From Takakia lepidozioides (Eukaryota; Plantae; Bryophyta), in contig CM060731.1 of the NCBI GenBank assembly GCA_030704615.1, positions 16,120,001 to 16,184,000 on the forward strand: a stretch of DNA of 64,000 bases. The letters run 5' to 3'. The notes under the pieces are model-generated. The model did no database searches, had not been told where the DNA came from, and worked only from the letters and a program-made list of their open reading frames with translations. A program made the translations under genes and the position numbers. Positions 53,701 through 64,000 of the stretch are shown here, piece by piece (position 1 is the stretch's first letter; every line of letters starts with the position of its first letter).

Positions 53701-56700
53701 AGTCTTTAATTTCTTTGAATTGGCTTTTCACCAACCAGAGTTTCTCAGATCACCTGGCATTGCCAGCAGATAATGCTCTAAATGCTATCAATTAGGTGAT
53801 GCCAGATTTGTATGAGTGGAGTGAACAGTTGTACAAATCATCTTGCTGCTGATTATCTGTCTCATCATGTCCCAAATGATGAACTGCCTATCAAAGTGAC
53901 AGTCTTCTCGTTTATTGCACATCTGTCTAGTTCCATGGGTCCTACGTTCAGGCCGTTGGGGACAAGACTTAGAGACATCTAGGACAGAGAGGGAAGGGTG
54001 TTGTATGGTTGTGATGGGGTACGAATGTTGATGTCCCATCTCTGGCAATCCATGGTTGGCTGAAACTACCGTTGGAGATATTTGTTGTAATCATTGTTGT
54101 CCATGCTTCAACCAGGTAAAAGGCAAGGGGGGAGGGTTTTTAAACCGGCTGGCAGTGACATGCGTGCGCAGCGGGCAAAACAAAATCTTTCGCACATTAA
54201 CTAAACCGGAACGTGCTCCTATGCGTGCCCTTCGGACTTCCCCCTCTGGCAGGTGTGTCTCATCCTCTTTTGTCACCAGAGAGCCAAATAGGATTTGATA
54301 GTGGGGATAAGGATGTACACAAATGTCAAAGCCCTTGGACAGCACCAGGTCCCACTTCAGACTGGCAGTCTGTAATATGTATTACCTGCTGCCATGATAG
54401 AATTTTTTTGGATATTGCTCCACCAACTCTTAAGGTGGCAGATAGCCCTTCCAAAAGTCTACATCTTGCACTGGGGATGTGTTGTCTTAATTGTGAAGAG
54501 CCGTGCAGCATTGAGAATGGTAGCCCCTACTGCCTCAGCAAAATCTGAACCATTTCTCACTGCAAATTAATGGACCCCTAATGTAGTTCCTGCTAATGAA
54601 CTCTTTGTGTTGGCCTAGTTTGAGTTATCCCGGTTTTGAGTTATCCCCAGAAGTCACCCTGGAAGAACTAATTGGGAAGGGAATGGATTGAAAGTAGCAA
54701 TATTCCTTTTTGCGGCCATCCTTGTGACTGCTGATGCAATCGGCTGGGTTATGGACTGGGCTGCTGGAGGATTCTGTTTATCTTCTTGTAAAGGACTAAT
54801 ATCAGATGCACTATCCATGGTAGCAACTTGGACATCATCTGGAAGACTGACAGAACAATGATGGCTCTTGTGGAAACTAGTTGTCTGCGCCTCTAGATAT
54901 GGGGGGCATTCATAAGTGGGGAACTAGTAGTAAGGGAGGAAGGTTTACCAGTCATTTTTTCTGGCAGATACCTGCTGATACTGTTCAGGGAGGCGCCTGC
55001 AGAGGTTTGGGCCATGACTAGGACCCCACAGATGGTATGTATACTTAGCCCAGTACAAGCACGACAAAAGTTTTATTGGTGGTTGGGGACTACCACTGAT
55101 TCTCAAAAGTTATGGTATTAGGCTTTGAGAAATTATCTTTTGCAGGTGTATACTTGGCCTAACTTTTTATGACTGTATTCTAATTTATCAGCATATTAGC
55201 ATGTATTGCCATAAGTCTACAATAAAGGAGAGTTAGTTATAAATCTGCAAATTTGCAAATGTCGTCCTCTTGATGCATACCACAAATTCATTTTTTCCCC
55301 ATTTTCTGTCTGGTGGACAAACTATCTGACCACACAGACCCAGATAGACTCACAAACAGAGAACCTCTGTGTATGTAGTTGCGATCATTGGCACTTCCAT
55401 TTACGGTGATGGAGTGGGCCCTCCCACCTGCGCCAAGGCCTTTATCCTCTCCTGCAGTAACATCAGCTCGCAGGTTATCCATGCTGAACAATGAGCAACC
55501 CAGCATCGCCTCTACAGCTGCTGCTGCTAATGCGCCATCCGCTCCCTCCGCCACAACTCCTAGCCCAAGTACACAATGCCTCCTTATATGTATTTGTAGT
55601 TCTTTTGTGGTACCAGCCAAACCTTTACATCAAAGAATGTTTTTGATTGCTGTGGATAAGTGTAAAGAAGGTGGGAATCTTAGAAGAAAAGGTGGGTTCT
55701 GCCACAAGGTTTTTGGTTCATTACAAGTGTTTCACACTCTCGAATTCAAGTTGTTTCAAGCCTCTATGGAGATTAGAACTGGTCTTAACGAAGGTCTGTG
55801 GTCATTTCTTAGCTGATGTTTGTATGGATCTTACAATTTCATGTGGCAACCACCCAAAGTGGTAAAAGAACTGTGTTCTACCTAATCTATTACAGTGGTA
55901 GGTCACTGACCTATAGCTTAATGTTCAGTAGGTGTGTCCGATTCACTGCAAGAGTCGGAGTCCGCAGAAAGCTTCGCTTTTGCTCTCGTGAATGGGTCAC
56001 TTGGGGTGTTCGAGCTGCGGGGCAGACGGGTCCGTGACTTCAGGTATGCAAACTTTCTCTGAATTTTATTGTAATGATTGTATTTTTCATTGGATCAGAT
56101 GCCTAATCTTCGTAATTTCCGTGGTCGCTGGGATCTCAACAAATCAGCCCCCTGTAGTAAGAAAATTGGTGATAGTGCTCTCTAGTTTACCAGGTCTCAC
56201 ATGTGTGGGGCTATCTGTGTTTTATTCCTAAGAGTTTTCCTTGAAAGGACAGTTGTGTTTGCAATCCTAGCCTGCTGTGTGAGCTGCTCAATTTGTGGTG
56301 TGCAGGCCCAGATGGCCGTCAGCCTCATTTGTTTCAGCAGACGTGCTGGTGACTGCCATGGCTTACCGCATGCCCCATGTGGTAATTTATCGTTTGCTGT
56401 GCTCATTTAGATCAGTGCGGATCTGTGTGTCCCTCACAAATTTTGAATGAGTCCCATATTCTACGTCAATAAGGTAAATGGTTACCAGGATGCAACACAA
56501 AACTGAGGTTTGAAGTGAGGCTGTAGGAAGGGAGGGTGAATTTGTACCAAGTCCAGGTGAGCTCTCATCCTATATTTTAAAATCTAGCACTGAGAGCCTT
56601 CACTCTTTTGGATAATGTTATGAAAGGTGATGGGAGATCGGATGGGGAGCATTCGCTGGTGGGATGTCTTGTCTGGGCTGTCATCATGTTTCAATACACA

Positions 56701-59700
56701 TCGAGGAGGTGTTCGGCGAATCAAATTTGCACCTGTGAAGATTGGAGATCCCAGCAGGGGTCGGATAGCTGTCCTTTTCAATGATCATACTTTTTCTGTT
56801 TATGATCTTGTAAGAAGTATTCATCTTTCCTGGGTTCCTGTAAGCTGCAGATGTGCCTATGCTGTATGATCAGTTTTGGAGATTTGTGTGGCTTTGTTTG
56901 GCCATTATTTTTGCAAGGTTGTTATATCTGCCAATGCACTGAGTGAAAGTCCATTCAAATTTTCATGAGGGGGGTTATTTCCAGCTGCATGAGTTTTATG
57001 GGAGTTGTAGTCTGCATAAGCTTTAGAGTCATGTCTCAAGCTCTGTCACATCTTTCTAGAGCAGTCACCGAGCGGCGCTGCAGAAGTTTTGGTTTTAGTG
57101 ATTGTAACCTTCCTTATTATTACTATGGTTGCTCCATGCCCAACTCTAGGAGGTTTATCCGTCCTTTTGAAATAAAATCAAAAGCATATTTTTCTTTCCC
57201 TATGGTGCTACAGTTGACAACGTTCAAGTTGGTTTTATATTGGGGCAATTTGAGATATCAGAAAGTGTGACAGCACTCCAAGATATAAATTTGATGGCAA
57301 GAGATGTTGGTGGTGAGTAGGATACACAGGACCCCGTGGCAAATGCGCTGGTGCAGCCGCAGCTTGGGGGCATTCTGGTGCTGGAGTTGGATTGGTACCC
57401 ACTGCGACCGGACAAGAATGAGCCCTTGCTACTGTGCATTGCTGGCGCTGATGGCAGTTTCCGCCTTCTTGAGGTTAATAAGTATGTATCACCACTTCAA
57501 CTGCCTGTCAGTCCTCTAACTGTTGCATCACTGGACTCTCTCTTTTCAAAGTGCAGATTGGCCAGTAACTAGGAATGATGGGTATGCATGGTGTGTAGTG
57601 TTACAGGAGGCAAGTCTGGGCAGCTAGCAAAGCCACCTGTATGGCAACGCTACCAGCCAATGCCATTGTGCTGTGCAGCACTGCTCCCACCTCTCCATGC
57701 GTTGGTAAGTGACCTCTGGTTGTATGTGATATAATATTTTCCCCAATCTGGTGACGTCTTCTTTTCTTTGTTTGAAGTTTGAAGGTAGATATTCTACTGT
57801 CTCCATAGAGTCCTGGCGGCTTGGGGAGTACCCCAACAGTTTCAGCTGCTGCATATGCCCCACATTTGTGGTAGTTCCATTAGTTCTGTCATGGTGCCTT
57901 TGAGAGGCCAATAACAATCCTTCAGCCCCGGTATGGAGCCTAACTACCCACTCCGGTCTTTACATGCTGATTTTCCTATTTTTCTGGACTTTTAAATGTT
58001 ATGTTGATGCAACAGCTTGTGAACGTGAAAAGGTATGGTTTTGCTATGGCTGTGGCAGTGTCTGCGGATGCTGTTACAGCAAGGAGTGCAACCTTCCTGG
58101 TTCTCGTTGACGACAGCTTCAATGGATGGAGGGCATGGAAGGAGATCCCGGGACTTGCCACTAGGAATGTATGGAGGGGATCTGCGACATTATCTTTTGG
58201 AGACTTCCAATCCAGTAATAGGAGAAACAGCAGTTGCAGAAGTTCTGCTCAAGGCACTGGAACCACATCGCAAAGCTGGTGAGACACCATGTTTGGATAA
58301 CTTCAATTTAATGTTTGACCAAGCCTCGTGAGGAACCCAAATCAATGATGGCTTGTGACTCTCTGTCCCTTGCTTTCTCCTTTTTATTCTTGTTTTCATG
58401 TGTTTGTTGGAGGAAACGAGGCTTAAGATTCAAATAGTAGTTGTGAAGACAGTAACGACCTTGGCAAGCCATATCATCCCTGAGGTGACCATTACTTTTC
58501 TGTCTACTTTCCTCTCTTGTTGTGGTTTTGAAGATCACATGTGGAGCTCTCCATTGGTTCAATGGACCTTTTGGACCTCCCACAGACAATGACTTTCTTT
58601 CCTTCTTACTTGCTTTCTCTATTCTAGGATATTCCAACTTCTTTGACATAGACCAAGGTGTAGCTCAAGGATGTACTCTTTCCCCTCTGCTCTTCAATGT
58701 TTTCATCAATCAACTCCTCGAGGATGTGGAAAGTGAGGGATTTGGGTTAAGGGTGGGTGATACCACCATACCAGCCCTTATGTTTGCGGATGACTTCGCA
58801 GGCATAGGGGAGACTCCAACCAATCTCCAGGAGTTGATTGATTGCGCGAAGAGATACTTTGATCTTTGGGGGCTAGAGGCTAATGTCAGCAAATGTGCAG
58901 TGGTAGCATTCAACGACAGAGGAGAGGGAGGAAGTGATCTTAAGTGGCAGTGGGGTAGGCAAGAGATCCCGGTCCTCCCTTCCTACACTTACCTAGGCAT
59001 TGAGTTTTCCTCCAATTGTAATTGGGATGCACATATCCGGAAAGTTGTTCAAACTGGCAAGGGCAAAGCTCCGGGGCTCACTAAATTTTTCCACTGCAGA
59101 GGGGTCAACTCTGAGGTTAAGAAAACCATGCTTTGTCGCGTTATTAGACCTGCCTTGGAGTACGGATCTGCTATATGGGTTGATAACTCCAACCAGGCTA
59201 AGTCTCTAGAATCCATTCAAGTGGGGGTGCTTAAGGAGTGTATGTCAGCATACTCCAAAACAGCCAATGTGGCTGTTCGGGGTGAGTTTGGCATTCCGTC
59301 CTTAAGCTCCCGATGAGATGAATTCAAGGTCAGATGGTGGGGTCAGCTGCAACATATGCCCAACACCAGATATCCTAAGTTAATCGACTCTATATCTTGG
59401 AAACAGGACCGCCCTGTCAAACAGGCTAAGTCCTGGCAGAAGAGAGTAGAAGAGATTCTCAAGGACCTGGACCTGGATCCGCAAGTCTTGACCCTGCTGG
59501 ATAAATCTGACTTAGAGGCTGTAGTGTCCTCAGCCATGTCTGTTGCCATGAGATTGTCTGATGAAAATGCAGGTTAGGCAGAAAACTTCCCTGAACTTGT
59601 TTCCAGTCAGTGACATGGGGGAGGACATCTTGGATGACCTCAAGGGTCTACCCACTCTCGGCACTAGACTGAAATTTAAACTCATAGCAGGAAGCCTACC

Positions 59701-62700
59701 TTTGAACAGCAAACAGAAGCAGAGAGGAAAGGGAGAGGCAATTGCCCACTGTGTGGGCAATCTGAAGACAGTATTCACTTTCTGATACACTGTCCGGGGT
59801 TCTCTCACCAAAGAGACGCTCTCTTCAATTCTATCAAGGGAATTGTGCCTGTACCCCTGTTTAACAACTTTGAAAGTCTCGAGGCTGAGCCAAAAGCCCA
59901 GGCCCTCCTGAGGCCTAGTTTTTGGGCAAATCACCACACAGCAGATTGATGCTTGTGTGAAGGGATTTCTAGAGGATATCTGGAAAACCCGGATTAATTC
60001 TATATATGATGGTAAGTCACACTACCAACGTCAGCCCCTGACAGAGGTAGGTTCTGTCCCTTTTGTTCCCGCTCAAACTGGGCGCGGGGTCAATGGCCAC
60101 AAGGCTACGGCAAACAACGTCTTATGAGTACAATCTATTCTAGGATATTTATAGATGAACAGGGAAGACCCAGAACAAACCTTATGAGAAAAAATGCTCC
60201 ACATAAGCTACGAAGAATAAAAAAGCTGCAAAAGGGCAAGCAGCCACAAAGGCAAGGAAGAAGCCAAACCTGCGAGGGCCCAAACGAAAGTTCTTGGAAC
60301 TTCCAGAATTATCCAGATGCACAAACCACTCCACTAGCGCAACATCATCAGGAGGCTTGCCAGAGCTTCAACGTCAGATTTGAAGCTCATGCAACCTCTA
60401 GAGCCAGAAGCCAGAGTTACAAGATGAATACAAAGTTATACTGTTTCTTTCTTTCTTGCTCTCTCTCTCTTTCCTACTCAGTGTTCACAACCTTTTATGA
60501 ACTACTGGGACCAAGCACTACTGAAGGGCCTTCTGTCATTCAGAACAACAGGCCTAACTTCACACTAAAGTGTTGGCTGCCTCCCCAGTACAGCTGTGAA
60601 ACAAGGAACTAGATTAATTGGAGGGGCATCATGATTATAACCAAACTTTGTATTGGGTACACTGAGAGACCTTCTTTGAAGGCGTCAGACAGGCTGTCAC
60701 TACACCACTATTCACACAGTTTGTGAAGTTTGAGACAACATCCAGCCTGCTTTCATCTGAAAAAACCTGAGAATGTGAATTAAAGAAAAAGTTGACACTC
60801 CAATCAGGTGCTCAGGACAGCTCTCTCTTTCTTGCTTGGCTAAACCTAAAGCCCTGGCCATGTTGCATTCTAATTGCTGAGCAGCTCACACACAGCAGAT
60901 TGAGGTTTGTGTGAAGGGCTTTCTAGAGGAAATCTGGAAAGCCGCTAAATGTTTGTAACAAGGGTAAGCCCCATGCTGGAGTGAGCACATCACAAAGGTA
61001 GTGTCTGTTCCCTCTTGTTCCACCCAACCTGGGCGCTGGGTCTATGGCCACAGGATACGGCAAACAACTCCACTGCCACGAGGCTACAGCAAACATCTTG
61101 AGTACATTCTCTCTCTCTCTAGTTCCGTGATACTACCAGCATCAGCCCCTGACAAAGGTAGTTTCTGTCCCTTTGCGTTCCACTCAAACTGGGCACGGGG
61201 TCAGTGGCCACAAGGCTACGGCAAACAACATCTTATGAGTACATTTTTTCTTTCAGACGGACTGACACACTCCATTTTTATATTTCATATTGTTGAGTGT
61301 GTGTACTTATGTCTCATTTTGCTTGCAACTTGGCTTATATTGGACCCTGGTAACAATTGAGGCCATTGGGATGGTGAGAGGGTGTCAGGACAGTTGCTGG
61401 ATGAGGATAGGGCAGCCACTTATAATGCCATATGTAGGCAAGGCGTTGCAACACGTTCAGCTTTTGCAGCCGCACATTTTGGAGAGTACTCAGAGGCCAT
61501 GTTCTGGCTTCAGCTCCCCAGGGCTCTTGCTCTCCTCAGTTTGGGATCTGCTGGGCCAGGGACATTTTGGGTAACTCCTCAGGCACCTAGCTCCTCACAA
61601 AGAGCTGCTGTCGAGGGGGGTGTGATTACCTCAGCTGCCAAATCACTGGAAAGAGGGATGTCATTCACCTCCACCAAACCAGCAGCTCCCAGCTTTCCAC
61701 AGGGAGTTCTGCCTTCAGCTTCCTTGCAACTGGTGAATTTCTAGTCCCTCCATTGCCACAGAAACCGTTGAGAGGCAAATTTGTGATTGCATACTAGGTT
61801 TGAGCATATTTGGCAGGACTATTGGAATACTCAGGAAGGACTGACATCTCATTCATGTTCAGTCATGAGCATCTAGGATGGATTTTGAGCTGAGTCTCAA
61901 CTGGCACCTTAACAGTTATCTAAGTAGTAAGATGGTGTCTATGGGTGGTGGGCGGTGAGGCAGCCATTTGGGTGTATGGAAGTCGTGCCAAGTGAGCAAA
62001 CTGCGGTGTGTTCTGTTGCCAGGGAGCGGATCACTTGGCATGAGAAGCTGGTAGGCAGTGAAGCCACTCAGAAACGAGTACATGAGTGAGATTGCCTGCT
62101 TTTGCCCTTTAATCTTTTGCAATCTTATTGCTGTGGAGGATATGGTCCTATAGCTGGGACACATGCTCAGACCTAAATAGGAAGACAGGAGCAACTAAGA
62201 ACGCGAGTTTTTGAGCAAGATTTCAGTGTTCAGAACTGTGAAAAATGTCACAGAATGTCTACAGATGGGGTGTGTCACCAGTAATATGAAGGCGTCTTCG
62301 TACTCTTTGGTAATGTAGCTCAAGCAGATGCAGGCAAGCAATGATAGTATTTTGAATTTTTCTCCTTTCTGGACTTCGTGGAACTTATACCTGAGGTGGC
62401 AGGCGGTCAAGCTGCAGGAGCAAGGGAAGAGGCAGGAAGGGATGTAAAAGCATTAGACCTTGCTAGCCTGGGTGCTTAGATCCCATGCTCTGTTTGGTCA
62501 GAGCAATAAAGCCAGGGCGAGTGTGGGGCGGGGCTGGGCGGGGCGGTTGGGGGCGCAGAGTGAAGACAATAGCATATACTCTCATCTTGTGGCTGAAGTC
62601 CCCATCACTAAGATAGAGCAAGACATACAGATCCTTGAGAAGCCCTCTACAGTCGCATGTATCTTGATGACTGATGGGGATTGCATACCTGTAACTGTTA

Positions 62701-64000
62701 GCTTTGTGAAATTTTGGTTTGTTTTGTGCAGATTAGTGTCTGTAGGGGATTTTGAGGCTGCTGTCACATTGTTGCTGGCAACCCCAGCTGACAACCCCCT
62801 CTTCTACAAGGATGCTCTGCGTGCTGTCTCCCTTGCCTCTGCTGTGTCACCTTCTCTGCATGAATTGGCAATCAAGGTACCTTTCTCTTACATCACCTCA
62901 TTGATTTTTTTTTCCAAGCTTAGAGGGAAATTTTGTTTTCTTCTCCTCTTCACGGGCTGGCTTCTTCTTGGCAGGTGTTCACCAAGCAAAGAGTGAATCA
63001 ACCAGAAAGCCCAAAAAACATTTATACTTGACTGCTTCATTCTCTCAACACAACATCCTTCTCTAACTCCAGTCTTAGGGTTTTGATATGGTTTTTACTT
63101 ATCCCATATCTCTGGCCAGAAACTGTAATGTCATCACAAAACACAAGTTACGTTCTCATTCACTGCAACTATGAGATCAGTGTCCATGTGCTTGTGAAGT
63201 ATTGTGGATGGTAGGGCTGTTTTCCTTACCCAAGGTTTATTGGCATGGTGGCTGTAGGTTGTTGCGGCCAACATGGTGACAACAGATGATTCGTTGTCAG
63301 GAACACATCTACTTTGTGCTGTGGGGCGGTATCAAGAAGCGTGCTCCCAGGTTTGCATCTGTTACTTTTCCTACTCACAGTTGGGCATTCGTCTTATTTC
63401 CTGTTTTAGGAGGGTATAGGAGCCTCTATCCAGGAGTCCTGCTGGGCACCACAGTGGCATATCTTCTGTGGAAGCCTTGGAAACAAGCCCCTAAAGACAG
63501 GCCACAACAGAAGGGTCTGGGAGGTTATCGATGTGGAGTTGCTTGCAGGTATCAAAGTGTAATCTTCCAAGTTAGTGACAGCCAGGTTGTGTGAGAGTGC
63601 TTATGTACTGCCTTGCTGCAGTTGCAAGATGCAGGGCGCTGGGTGGACGCCGCTACCTTGGCTGCAGCACATCTGCACGGGGCTGATCATGCCAGGTCAC
63701 TGCTGTAAACCTATTCTTGCCAGTGACATAGTTGTCTCTTGGCCCTTGGCAGAGTGTTAGGGTATAGTTTGTACAAGCTGCTCCCCTCCGCAGGGAAGGT
63801 GGGCATGCATCTCAAATACTTGCAGTGGCTCACAAGTCTTCTTTTCACATGTGTTGTGTTTTTAGGCAACCCGAGTTGTTTAGCTTACTTCAGCTGTCCT
63901 CCTTGTGCCGAAAAATAGAAGAGTGGAGTTCCAGTAAGAATCACGGTGGTTAGTTTCATGTATTGGAGTGCAGGGTGTTGGAGAGGTGGGCTGACCACGT
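50748..64000 (+). CDS. WDR11: WD repeat-containing protein 11 homologue, at least 19 exons, continuing beyond the window
   Basis: Exons 50748-51724, 51922-52399, 52984-53071, 53431-53621, 54116-54252, 54968-55034, 55379-55568, 55932-56043, 56306-56381, 56627-56809, 57321-57481, 57599-57704, 58059-58278, 61389-61732, 61964-62085, 62732-62876, 63258-63350, 63622-63695 and 63974 to the end. Motifs: NGGAADC..GLVAYGAGS, LAVGDRQGRIAIWD, SISDDGRVWNW, LRSLALPFTVMEW, ESFAFALVNG, RERITWHEKL, LQDAGRWVDAATLAA. Confidence 0.95.
58634..60133 (+). mobile_element. 5'-truncated RTEX-like non-LTR retrotransposon (RT C-terminal half plus CCHC knuckle) in WDR11 intron 13
   Basis: GVAQGCTLSPLLFNVFIN, LMFADD, WGLEANVSKC, YTYLG, VRGEFG, a stop at 59314, RWWGQL...RYPK, and CPLCGQSEDSIHFLIHC at 59743. 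Perfect 16-bp TSD TCTATTCTAGGATATT at 58618-58633 and 60134-60149. Confidence 0.95.
60835..61106 (+). mobile_element. Older 3' fragment of the RTEX-like LINE
   Basis: CACACAGCAGATTGA..TTGTGTGAAGGG.TTTCTAGAGGA.ATCTGGAAA...TGGGCGC...ATGGCCACA...GAGTACA, flanked by (TC)n runs. Confidence 0.85.
61131..61243 (+). mobile_element. Short 3' fragment of the RTEX-like LINE
   Basis: ACTACCAGCATCAGCCCCTGACAAAGGTAG...CTCAAACTGGGCACGGGGTCAGTGGCCACAAGGCTACGGCAAACAACATCTTATGAGTACA is nearly identical to 60021-60132. Confidence 0.9.

Noticed and set aside
61983-61992. miR536-like 5' sequence TCGTGCCAAG
   Set aside because: Only a 10-nt match, inside a WDR11 coding exon, with no hairpin seen.

Overview
Eukaryotic nuclear DNA from a land plant; a non-seed lineage (bryophyte, lycophyte or fern) is inferred from PLS-DYW PPR relics and unusually G-rich intron ends. 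Host genes that look intact: the first exon of a cyclophilin-like gene (minus, running off the left edge), a plastidic glucose translocator (pGlcT, at least 13 exons), an NDUFAF4-like complex I assembly factor (3 exons, minus), ribosomal protein S6 kinase (6 exons), an intronless GT8 GATL gene, and WDR11 (at least 19 exons, running off the right edge). Two intronless PLS-E-DYW RNA-editing PPR genes are decayed pseudogenes. The 1-22 kb region is a nested transposon island. It holds a 145-bp solo LTR (TGTTGGA...TCCAACA, near-perfect 5-bp TSD) built around a tRNA-like Pol III unit, a tRNA-derived SINE family (3 copies in the window, 2 with TSDs), a non-autonomous hAT element with an 8-bp TSD, two inverted copies of a small rolling-circle-like element, and L1 and probable CACTA relics. 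An RTEX-like LINE family occurs 7 times in the window, including a 1.5-kb copy with a perfect 16-bp TSD in a WDR11 intron. It lacks a poly(A) tail and repeatedly ends at TC-rich sites. Exon boundaries were read by eye from GT/AG and frame continuity; family assignments come from motif recognition, not database searches.
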